Source: Saccostrea cucullata (lineage: Eukaryota). From it: a stretch of 64,000 nt of DNA. Positions 34,231 to 46,600 of this stretch are shown here, piece by piece. The translations under genes and the position numbers were made by a program. Within the stretch, counting starts at the first letter, position 1. Every line of letters starts with the position of its first letter. The stretch lies in NCBI RefSeq assembly GCF_032062105.1, contig NW_026927443.1:1-64000 (forward strand), written 5' to 3'. Below the pieces are notes generated by a model. The model was given only the letters and a program-made list of their open reading frames with translations. It did not search any database and was not told the origin of the DNA.

Positions 34231-35743
34231 CTATTTAGGTTTAGTTCCTACAACTTCATCAATCCACTTCAAGTATGGCTCATTTCCATTATCAATCTAA
34301 ATATAATATCAAAAAATAAATCTGTTCGGAAAATTTCATTTACATTTAAGCTTCTTGCTTGTAATTCAGGAATCTAACCCTATAGATAAATTACTGTAGA
34401 TCGACACATTATTTTTGCGAGATTGTCATTTACTCTTTATCAGTGAGACATAATTTTCATGAATATTGTTGTTACTTCTCAATGAAATCTTAAGATATAC
34501 TATTATGCATGAGAATGAAAGCTTAATTACGCGAAAATAAAATTCTCGTGAATAAAAAGTGATTTACAGTACATGTATTGACTGTCATCTGAAATGTACA
34601 TTACCTTAAAACTAATTACTTCAGCAACATCATATGGATGATTCTCCCTGAAAAGAAAAAAACAAAATAAATATGATCATTAGTTTCTTGAAAACTGGAG
34701 ATGAAATGCTGTCTTTGATTATTTTTGTGTGGGTATTGACATCTATAGCTGTTGCAGATAAAATCACACATTTCATCGTTTATATTCATTTTTATATAGA
34801 ATCATAAAAAATCATAATATTATTAATTATACGATAAGATACAGGGTACAATATTCTTAGTGGTGTAAATATTTGACAATTATCTGATTCAAAGGCAATA
34901 AAATACATGAAACTGTTAAAGGTATTCAAGATGCTGTATTGGCATATAATTGGTTAATATCCATGCAGGAAATGTGAAAATATTCAAAAGATCTGCACTG
35001 ACAGCATGCACATAGACATCAAAAGCTTTCTATTTCAGGCTTACCTAACATATTTGATCACATCATCCACTTTACTAGTTGCTGTTTTAATTTTCTGCAT
35101 GAAAACCAAAAAATGTCATTAAACAAATAAGTGGGGGGAAAAGAAAATGAGCAATATGTTTTGATTTAAAAAGTTGATTCATTTCAAGATAAACATTGTC
35201 AAGAGAAAGGAACATACCAACAACAACTCTGGGTCTTCATTGATCTTGCCCTCCCATTCATAACTGGAACAAAATGCAAATAGACTCATTTGTATTTATT
35301 TATTTCTTGTTGTGCCCACTTTAAATAAAATTTACTTACTTACTTACTTATTCATCTGAATTAGAATTAGAGAGAACATATGATATAACTATTAATTCAT
35401 AGATTTTTTTTCCCAAAGAATGCTTACACAGATATCAAGCCGGGGATGATGTTAACACATGCTGCATGCTTCTCCTTGACCAAACCACTGTTGATGAAAA
35501 TATAATACAGTTTCAACAAATATTTATATATTTTCATTCATTATATTTATGTACTTTGCTTAGTCAGCTTAGTGTATTTATTTCTGGTTAACAAAATCGG
35601 GTATAGAGAAAGTGGATACAGACATACGCTGCCAATTTCTTTGCTGTTTCCAATTTGTCAATTGTAACAAAAGCCACGGAATAGCTCCCCGATTGACTCA
35701 TAGTCGTGAAAGTTCGCCGCAATAATCCGAGGAAAGAAGGCAT
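34231..35743 (-). CDS. cutA: Protein CutA homolog (divalent-cation tolerance family)
   Basis: Not in the ORF track. Exons 35743(or 35701)-35628, 35487-35428, 35263-35218, 35094-35045, 34647-34605 and 34296-34231 give [80 protein letters not shown], the CutA1 signature. Confidence 0.93.
34392..34571. mobile_element. MITE (tactgta...tacagta) in the last cutA intron
   Basis: TA-flanked CTGTA/TACAG termini with imperfect inner TIR. Confidence 0.55.
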
Positions 35744-38700
35744 ACACACGCCAAGAACAATCTATAATTGTCAAAAAAAAATAAAATAGGACCTACAATA
35801 AATATAAAAGTTAACTGTCGTAATTTTTATTAACTCAATACTTTAAGAGCTCTTGAAACAATGCTGTGTAGAAACCGAAAGTACAAATTTCCTCACGTGG
35901 ATTTTCAACATTCTACATGTTCTATCAATTTGATTTATATTTACAGGGGTAAAATACAAATTTTAATAATTACTCTTTAGATTTCTTTCTCGTTATTCAA
36001 TGAAACAGCTTCAAATTTATATTACCAGAAAAATGGATAAAACTGCACACCGCCTTGTAATCTCCAGCTTCGTTTATCTGCTTACAGCTGTGACAGATTT
36101 CATCGTCACGGAAAGCGTTTAATCGACCCAGAACTCGTCCAGGTAAATCTTTCTTGATAAAAATCAAGCAGCGGTTTATCATGTCATTTTTCCTAGATTT
36201 TAGATTTATCTGTATCATATATGTCCATGGACATAGCATTGTATAAACAAATTTCAAAATACTAAAAATCTAAAACACTTGAAAATCGAGATCGTTTTAC
36301 TTTTAGCTCACCTGGTAAACGATTAGCGACCTACTTCCATATTTATCTCACGTGAGCGAAAGGAAGTGTTCTCACGATAAATCAAAGAGTGCCCAATTCC
36401 CGTTTGTTAGTTCTTGAGAATATTGTTTAAAACGAGTCGCGAGTCATTTGTTTAACGTTTGAGCGGTATATTATTTCATCAATGCAGTCAACTCAAGTGC
36501 ACGCGCCTAACAAAAGTTGCGGTCTATAAAGGCCTAATTAGTGTACATCGCCCACCTTTACACTTTATGTTCTTAGCCTTTTTAATTCTAGTCAAAGCTA
36601 CGTACGTTGATGAACCAATTGATGCAACCTATGCAGTGAGGCTTATTCAGCCAGTGTCTAAACTATTTTTTGAAATATTTTATTATTTATTAATATTTAT
36701 TATTCATTATTTTTAAAATATTTTAATGTTCCAGAAGTTCACTCCGAAACATGGCCGAAGCAAAATAATTCTTGAATTCTCTACCATTTTAGAACAAATC
36801 TGCATAAAATATATGCCCTAGTTATTTGGAATCGAGGGCATACCGTTTTTGCTCTGTCCATCCGTACTTACCTAAAATTACTTATGTATCGGCAAAATTA
36901 CGGGGGGGGGGGGGGGGCACGGCCCTCCATACCTGTTTTCTAGACCATGCAAACGGATATTCCTTGTTATAAAACCTTTCCATTGGGTACCAACAGTTTG
37001 ACCTTTTCCCCTTGATCATGGAGTTTGACTACTTTTGAAAAACTGTCATTTTCTTGACATCTTTTGAAGGAAAAATAAAAACCCAGTAAAGCCTCCAATA
37101 ATATAATGAAGTTCATTGAAACACAGGTGATAAAATTCACTGCCCTTTTGCATACAATTGCCGGATGAAAATATAAGCATGGTTTCCTCATTTAATAAAA
37201 AGCTTGGTAAAGATAACAAAAGTTGTTCGACATCGCGTTTTAAATTTACATGCTTTTTATTTACTTGAGATATATTCAAAACAATTCCATATCATACCAG
37301 TTTAATTGTTTTCAGTAAATTGTACGATTGTTTAAATATAATAAATACAACTTTTATTTTATAACATACAATGTAACGGGGTTAATGACCAGAAAAAAAA
37401 ACCCACAACTTATTTTCAAATTATGTAGTGAAAATCTGATACTTACCTCCGACAATTCCTAACCCTTATTCACTTTGGACTATTCAATGTAATCTCGCCA
37501 TGAAGAACTGTTTATACCAGCATCAAATAGAGTTGACACACATCACTATCAGGTAATTCAAGTTAGAAATCATATCCTTACATAAATGTTGGTTTGTGCA
37601 ATTTTTTTAGTCGTGTCTTAATTCGAACTATGAATGATACTTTTGTACAGATTCTGACAAGGATATACCGGTATACCGATACAGTGTACTAGTATACACT
37701 GCACATATTTTGCTTTTATATATATAAATACGACTTTCAAAACTTAAAAAAAATATTCTTTAAATTAATCATAATAGGTCCACATCAAGCTCATTAGCAA
37801 TAAGAGTATTACTAAGTATTTTGAAGAAAAAAATCTGTTGACGCTTTAGATTACATTTTGATGCATTAGACGTAATAACGTCAAAACGCCATATTTTTAC
37901 GTGTGTGACATTTGTGTTGACATTTATTTTTTGTCAGGATTTTGTCACCTTTCTATTGAAATTATTTTTGAACATACCGATAACTTTTTGAAAAGATTCA
38001 CATTTCATAAATATCCTCTAATTTTTAATATGTCTACTTTTAATGACTACACATATGCTTTATATCACCACATTTATTACAACTATAGTCAGATTTATTA
38101 CTTTTGGACAATGTGTGACATTGTAAAAATCCTCTAAAACAAACACTTCTTTACAGAATCAATTCATTTTCATTTCTAAATAAAGTTCTGATTTTGCACA
38201 TTTTGTATTAAATGTTGTTTGGTGCCGAATAAGAAAAATGAATTCTTAAAATGAAGGTATCTGGTGAAGTGTAGCATTTAAATATGACGTTTTTGCCGTT
38301 AAATTCAATTGTGACATATAGCCACGTGTAGTACATATATATGACACGGCAATTGTTATTAAAATTTAAGACATCGCAAGTTAAAATTCTGTCTAGAGGT
38401 CTTTTCCTTAATAACATGGCAACATCTTGCATAATTTAAAATAATTTTCAACAGTAATTTTTCAACCAGCATTACAAAATTGGCCATTTTACCAATCTTA
38501 AAAACTTTGTGACGTTGAACCTGCGAAGTTTGTGACACACCATCTCATTCAAAATCGGCTTAATATCAGAAACCCAACATACATATCGACACAAAATATC
38601 AGTAGAATTTAAAATATAGTTCCTTGCAAACAATATTGATCATTGAGATGCAACTTAAAAATTGATTTAGCTCATGAAATTATTTTTCTAGTTAACCGAT

Positions 38701-40269
38701 GACATTTCATGTCCCCTCAATATTTCCTCGGATAACGCTTATCTACACCTCTGTCTTGCATCATGGACAACGCGTTTACAGAACTCGGATTGAAAAAAAT
38801 TACAATTGTAAGAATTTACATCATTTACATCATATTTTGATCTTTGCTGCTAAATTTTATGGTTGTATTGTTTGTTTTATGGAAATTATCAACATTTTGT
38901 TATTGTGTGTGCGACGCTCCTGTTACCGGTCTACATGCGTTTTTGACGTAATTGATTGAATAGTCGAATTAAAATATTTTATAAATGGAATTTTTTAATC
39001 AATATTACAGATTCATAACAGTTTGCCAACTTGTAGAACTTAAATTCTATTAAATTCTCAGTCAAGAAACCACTTAATAGAGAAGTGCGAACGATAGCAT
39101 TGTTCTCCCGCTTATACCTCTAAGTCAATTTTCAAAAGTTAACATATTTGAATGATTTTTAGTATTTTTATAGATATAGATATGAATTTCCATAAAACAT
39201 TACTTGTTCGGGAAAACAGAGAGAGATAACTCTAAAAATTTTGGTTAAACTTGTGTTTTTCAACGGAAAAAGAAAAGTACTTTTAACACCCCCCACCCAC
39301 CCCCCCCCCCCATCCCCCCGCGTGACCCAAAAATTCCTTTTTACAGGTAACATGGACTGTCATTTCACAAATTCATACCAAAGCTTTTTGTGTGTCACGG
39401 GGTGGGGGTGGGGGCATGTGTTTATATAGACAAAAAACTACAAAAAAGTTATTTTTTCACCAATTTCAAGGCGGTTTACAAGTAAAACATTGCATTTCAT
39501 TTATATACATAATATATTTGATTTTATCTGCGATACACATAAGAAAAGGTTTTAGGAACATTTAATCCTATTCAAGACTATTTTCAAAATACGGTGATGC
39601 TTGAAAGTCCGATTTCAAAGGGAAATATACTCCCCTTTTTTCAAGAGCTAGAATTAGGAATAATTTACTATCTAGTGCTGGTATCAAAATGATTTATCAA
39701 TTACCATTAAACTGTTCTTTGTATACATTGTAAAACAAACATTTTATGGCAATACATTGTATTGCTTTTAATATAGAATTAAATGGGTGCAAAATTTAGG
39801 CGGGAATCTCGAGTTAGCGTGCGTAGTTCTTTCGAGCAACCATGATATAAGAGAATTAAATGAAGGGAATTTCGTGCAATAAAGGGTCACCCTTTCTTTT
39901 AAGAAAAGGTAAACCAGAAATAGTGAAAAATATGGATAATCCTCTAGGGGCCCAGTAGACTCGAAAAAGATAAACTTGAAATTTAAGGTGTCTGACAAAG
40001 TGTAATCAGTGCGTACGTTTGTTCACCCCCCCCCCCCCTTCCTTGGGTTACGGTGGTGTCAAGGTAAGAATCAAATTTATAAATGTGCATACAAATATTT
40101 AAGTGCTATATCTTTATTGTTTAACTTTTAATTTGATCCATACTTTCAGTGTATTTTTCAAGCTTTTTAATCTATTATAACGAACATTTGCTAGCAAACC
40201 GTTGTTTTTGTAAATCTATCTTAAACGATGCTGAAGTCAACCTATAAGTATTTTAGGTCCATACCCTTG

Positions 40270-40566
40270 TTAAGGGACGGTCATTGATTCTGAAGGGAAG
40301 GGTGCATTTTTCGAGCCAAATTATTCATTATCATGTCAGTCAAAGATAGATAATTTAATCATTGATCGGATTATCAAGGGCATTTTTATCATTTTCTTCT
40401 CCACGGAAAAAAAAGGAAAACGCCATAAAAACTCCAAAACTGTATTTTGATTTGGGTCACAAGTCAAAGACAGATTTTCTTCATGGTCGAGGACATATTA
40501 CTAGTATTTATTTAAGAAATCTCCCCCCCCCCCCCCAGCCTTCAGAATCAAATGTTTGTCTCCTTA
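40270..40566. mobile_element. MITE, PIF/Harbinger-like, just upstream of the cupin gene
   Basis: Imperfect TIRs taagggacggtcattgattctgaagg / ccttcagaatcaaatgtttgtctcctta. Confidence 0.5.
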
Positions 40567-40672
40567 GAGAATTTGTTCATTTTTCGGATGAATGGAAACG
40601 TTCTATCGATGTTTCAAGCATTACATTTATTACCTGATTATTTCAGTGACCGCTGTAACATTTTCTCGGAAT

Positions 40673-41923
40673 ATGTCTGCTGATAAAGAGATCGATCAAC
40701 TGGTTCGCGCCCTGGGACTGACCCCTCACCCCGAGGGCGGATTCTTCTCCGAGCAGTATCGAACTGACAGACAAGTTACATTTATACAGCCTAACAAGTT
40801 AGTATGTCAGGGTTAGGGTTGGGACCTCAATTATAGGGATAATTTTTTCTTCATAGAAATACATGTAATTAGAAAAGTAAATCTTAAAAAATAGGATGAT
40901 AAAGAACAGCAAGTGGACCAAGATTGCATGTACTTAAATTGTAGCCTATCTGCCATGTAGAAAAGGAAAGGTGCAACCTGAGTAGAATTCACTTTTGGAA
41001 ATAAAGAATATCAACAATATTAGTACATGTAATTCCATTTCACTTTAGTACAAAATTCAATGTATTCAACGTACAGGGTTTATTTCAGGTCTTACATATG
41101 CGTATTAGATTACTGCAAAGAAGCAATGCCCTAAAATGTATTTTTTTTTTCTTTTCTCAAAGGGCATTAAACAAGGTGTAGTTTTACCCCCTTTTATATT
41201 CAGATTTGAAGGACCTAGGGATGGTGGCAGTTGTATCTATTACCTCTTAAAGTCTGGCAAATATGTGTCTTTCCATTTACCCCTGTTTGATGAGATCTTT
41301 CTGTGGCACGCAGGTGGGCCATCAAAGGTGTGTAGAATCTACACTTCTTTACACTGTGTAATGTATTTTTAGATTTTGAATTTAAACTTCTTTTTAGATC
41401 AGTAGTCATGGTTATATTAATTTTTCCTCCATCTAGATATATAAAATAGACAATGAAGGAAAGCTTACGGAGAGTATTCTGGGAGATACTTTGAAGAATG
41501 CTGATTATCGTTACCAAGTAACGGTACGCCATGACACGTGGTACGCAGTGGAGCCAATGGAAGGAACACAGTATACTTTCTTTGGAGCTGTGGTCATTCC
41601 AGGTATTCCACCAATCCTAATGGCATACTGCAGGGTTGTCACTCATATAGCAGGGGACATTAAAAAATAGAAGGGGGTCTCGAGTTCCTCCCCTAACAGA
41701 GGGTTAAGGGGGAATACCAGAGTAACTAGAGAATTGTGTCATTTTAGGTGGGGAAGTTCCTAAGCCTTGAGGACAATCCTAGGCAGAGTTAACTCCTGCA
41801 GTTAAAATTGAAAGTGATTAATTCTCTTACTTTAATAATCAGGACAAAATATACAAGCTGGATTTCAAAATTTGCACTTTTTTAAAACTCAAATGATTGT
41901 GTGAACTGTTTTTATCAAAGAAC

Positions 41924-41956
<33 letters not shown>

Positions 41957-42107
41957 GAAGGTTGGTCAGGTTAGCATTTTAGCTAAAGGTCACTTGTTTC
42001 TTTTTTAAGGATGGGATTTAAAAGACTGGGCTCAAGGGAAGAGGACAGATATGCTTCAGAAATTCCCACAACATGGAGAGCTAATCCAGAGATTGTGTAA
42101 AGAGTAG
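40673..42107 (+). CDS. Cupin_5 / DUF985 family protein (yeast YML079w/Cff1-like), ~170 aa
   Basis: Exons 40673-40797, 41204-41327, 41437-41602 and 42010-42107, phase-consistent. Motifs: LGLTPHPEGGFFSEQYR, IYYLL, SFH..DEIFLWHAGGP, YQVTV...WYA, VVIPGWDLKDW. An in-frame upstream ATG at 40592 could add a hydrophobic leader. Confidence 0.88.
41923..41951. repeat. (CT)n microsatellite (others at ~209-230 and ~61094-61122)
   Basis: Directly visible. Confidence 0.9.
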
Positions 42108-43603
42108 TCTGTGATCAACCCTGGAGAATCTAACCCTGTTTTGTGATATACAGGCAGAATATAAAAGAAAGTTTTATTCTAATTACTGTAAAAAAAAAAA
42201 GATGAAAATAAATTCATGTAATACATTTCTAGCACTATAAAAAATAAAATCATCATCATTTGAATATGTGTGTATTCTAATACTGCCCAGACACATATTA
42301 TGTTTGTCCTTATACTCTAAACTGGCAAGCAAAACTAAAGACATGTTTTTGTAAAACAAAATTGCAACAAGAAAATAAAGCTTATTCTATGAATAATAAA
42401 ACTATATTTAAAAGATTTGCACATGGGTAATTTTCATGAATATAACAATAAGATTTTCTGTCGTCTATAGATGACAAAATATCACTGATTAAATCATTTT
42501 TAGATTTGAAATGATAAAAAATTGACTAATTTACATTCAAGTTTAAAGATTACAAAGAAGATATTACTTTAAAAAATTAAGAATAAAATATAAATGCAAA
42601 ATACTTCAGCAAGTTATCAGCACCCTGTCAATAAAATTTATTTTTTTAATGACGAATTTAACAAATATTACCAATCACCCTGTGCCTGCATCTGTAAAAA
42701 TGCAGAATAGATTATAATGAGATTCTTTCTTAAATCTGCATACTTATAAAGAACTATGCTAAGTTTACACAGATTTAGAGCAGTATGTACAATAAAGCTG
42801 CTATGATGCCAACATATTAAAACAAGAGGTCCATGGGCTAAAAATGACATAATAGTGAAAAATTCTGACCCCAAATTAAAGCCATGTTTTATTTGGTCGA
42901 AAACACCGTAAGCAAATTTATAGTTGGTCAAGAGGGAAAACCTGAATAAACCTCCCGACTCTTCATTTGAGATGAACTCACTCTGAAGTACATCTCAGGA
43001 AATAGCGTCTAAACCAATGAGAAATCACCAAAATTCCCGATTATTTAATATACACTGAAATCAAGGCAGACAAGGTGAATACTCAGACTCAGGACATGTA
43101 TCACAGTATGTGTAAACTATTGCAAAATACTGCTAAAGTGTTTACTGGAAAAAAAGTACCAGTAATAAAAATATTAATACATGTATAAAAAAAGAAAAGA
43201 ATAAGAAGGCACCATCTTGTACCATCATTTACACAAAAGTAGGACTTTTATTTTAAACTCAATGAAAGCTACTGATTTCTTTTCATGTGTGTATGAATCA
43301 AAGCATAGAATGATGCATCTTCTCTCCTTGTAAAAGCTACAATTATAGTACCCAGTAGAACATTACACAACATAAACTGTTATATTTTAAAGAAAGTTTG
43401 TAAATTGATCACCTATGACACCATATACTAAAAGTATTTCAAAACACCTATGCTCTACTATAATACATCTTAAAGAAAGGAACTGTAAATTATAAAGTTT
43501 CTGTCTTTGACACAACAAAGCATTGCTACAAGTACTTAGTTATGGACGGTATCTATATCAGTACAGCTGCCTTTGGCACAAAATAAGAGATATACTCAGG
43601 CAC

Positions 43604-46600
43604 TCAGCACACAGCTTTGCTCTTTCCCGATGCTGCACCCTTTTTCTTTCCGCCTTTTTTCTTCCCCTTCTTTTTCTTGGCTGCTGATCCTAGTTCTGCC
43701 AGACGGGCTTTCCTTTCCTCGGCTAGTTCCCTTCTGCGCATTATTTCATTGGCTCTATCTGTAGAGGTAATTTTACAATGTATTTCTCTATAGAAACAGA
43801 TATTTCCTGAAAGTTTTACATTGATATGATGCTATAAAGCAAATGCAGGAATGAATGAGGAAAGTTAAAATAGGCATCTGCACAGTTCATTTTATTTTTA
43901 AAATTTGTATTACTTTCTTAAAAATGTAACACAAAAGAGTTTCACCAACCTAAGTTTTTCTCTGCCAGCTTGAACTGCTTATATTCCACGGGAAGCCAGA
44001 CTTTAGGATGACTTAATAAGCTGGAAAGTTTTGTAAAAGGTAATAATGAAGAATATATCAGCTAAATGTAACATGCAATTTGATTTTCACATGTAGTGAT
44101 TTCAGAGAATAGATGATACATGTACAAACCTTGCTGAAGTTGAGCGAGGTAATTTGTTTTCAACATCATAGTACAAAGTTTTCCCCGATGGAGGATAAAG
44201 TGCTCTAAAATTAGAAAATTTAATCACAATGTAAACAGAACTATATTAATTATATGGGATATTAAATGAATGTATTAATGCTAAAGGTGCATTAGTTGTC
44301 GTGTAAAAACTTGCGACCCACCTCTCTAGGGTTTCTGGCCTGATGAATACGTCTGCAGCAGCCAACCTCTGATGAAGCTGGTGAGCCTCAATCTCATTCT
44401 CAGTGAAGATGTCCTGAAAACAGGGACACAAGGTTTTATCCTCAGATAATATATAAAGGTATTTGTCATGTTTAAATTTCTAATTTTTACTGTTCAAAAA
44501 TTGAATTTGAGGGTGAGTTTAATATTTGCATCATTAAAATATTATGATAAGCATTACATCGTCTGGATTCTTGGAATTGATGAAGAGTGGTTTGGTGTAT
44601 CTGACTTTAGGTTCTGATGCGACTCTACGCAGTGGGGCAGTTCTCACTCGACTCCGGGAGTAGGAAGCATAGTGCTCTAAAAATATATCATAGTTATTAA
44701 TACATGTAATTACACATGGTAATAAACTTATGGCATGTACAATAATATGTACAAGACAACAGAGAGGACCATTTTTTCATATGATTATAATTTCACATGT
44801 ACTTTATTTCAAATCTTGCATTTCAAATGATATTGAAAATAAATTTCGTTATTACCAGGGGTATGTCTAATTACAGTTATGAAAACTTACTTGAGTTGTC
44901 TGTTAGCTTGGCATTGACTTTAGTTTCTGCCATTTTCAGTACTATTTTGTTGACTTTGTTTTCCTTTAAACTAAAAAACAAAGTTAATACTTTTGAATAT
45001 CTATATTTTCAAAGTTTCATAGAAATAATTAACTATCAAAGCAGTACGCTGTAGATTCCTTATATTACATGAGTACATAATATGTATTATCAAAGAGGCA
45101 CTAAATTGCAAGAAGAGTTCATGATTGAACTGCTGATCTAGAGAAAAGCAGGTAAACTTATTTTCTGATTTCTGTGTTTCAAAATATATTAAAAAAATAA
45201 ACCATATAGGAACCATGCAGCTTTTGGTTGTATTCAAATTGCCAAACTTTAAAACGTAAAAGTTTTTATTATCTAATTTACAACTAGATAGCAAAACCTT
45301 TACAACTGGACCTCTCAGATTTTAGCTTAAGTTTTAATGATATAAAAAAAATGTACAAATATGCACAAATATAGACTTCTTATCAATCTCTAAGTAGACA
45401 TTTTTATGATTCAAGTACTTATTATACACTTACTTCTCAGCCTTGAGTGTACACTTGTATGTCCCACTGACTAATGTTTCTATATCTTCATAGTTTTTCT
45501 TTGGCTGAAACATATAGAAAAAATCTCAATCCTTTTTTCATATATACATTTCAGTCTTTTCAATGTAAATTCACATAAAATGCAAAGAATCTTCATTTAC
45601 TATGTGTATAAACTGTTGGATGCACACTCACCTTCCTGGATGCACTCTTAACCTTGCCTCCTGAAGGTGGCCTCTCTTTCACCTCAACGCTTTCTTTCTG
45701 GTCATGTGTTATGTCTTCTGTTTCCTTTTCCTCATCCATCTTGCTGCTTTGGATTTCCTCTGTCATTTTGTTGTCTGAGGCACCAGGTTCTGGAAGCGTA
45801 CTGTCTTCTGGTTTACATACTGGGGTTGCTGCATCATTTCTGCGTAGATGTTTATTGATCAAATTTTCTATCTCTTTCTCCCTTTCACTCAGTTCAGGTT
45901 TTGAGCTATGTGACAAATTGACTTTTTCATTCACTGTTCCTTTCAGTGTGTCAGTACACTCTTCCTTCTGCTGTGACACTTCAGACTTGCGTTGATTATG
46001 TGTTGCAGAGAGAGGTCGTCTAAGCATCTGAAATAAAACCCAACTGCATGTTACCAAACCAAATAAGACTGATTCTTTGTTTCTCATTATACATGTAATA
46101 TGTAATAATTGTTAGGCAAATGGAAAACTCTTTGATTTTTTTTATCCTTTGAATGATTTCAAGATATTTTTGAATACATTTTGCTCTTTTTTCATATTTT
46201 TATGCTGAAATGAAATACAAAGCAATTCAATTTTTCAGATGAAGACTAGAATCTAAATATTAAATACCAGTGATTGGGAAGGGCTTGCGCCATGCGCCAT
46301 AGTCGCATTGAAGTGAAAAATGGCGCATTAAATCAATCAATCATGGCGCCAAGGTGCGCATTCAATTTTTAGCAATGTTTTTTGGAAATATTTTGCATAC
46401 GACTTTCTTTCTTGTTTTACTTTCGTTTTAAATGCAGTCAATTTAAAACAACAAATCTCATTGGTTGAAATCTGTCAAAAAGTACTTCGGTTAAACGAAG
46501 GACTTACATGAGTTGCTATACTTCATTCATTTGTATGGTAGGGCTGTTCCCTTTCCAAAACTGTCGTTATTTTAACACAAAGTATATGTTTTATAAGCAA

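Noticed and set aside
37440-37502. Upstream coding exon of cutA (strong gtaagt donor on the minus strand)
   Set aside because: Stops in the usable frames; at most a 5' UTR exon.
37780-39760. Possible DNA transposon(s) between cutA and the cupin gene
   Set aside because: Looks repeat-like, but I could not define termini or a TSD by eye.
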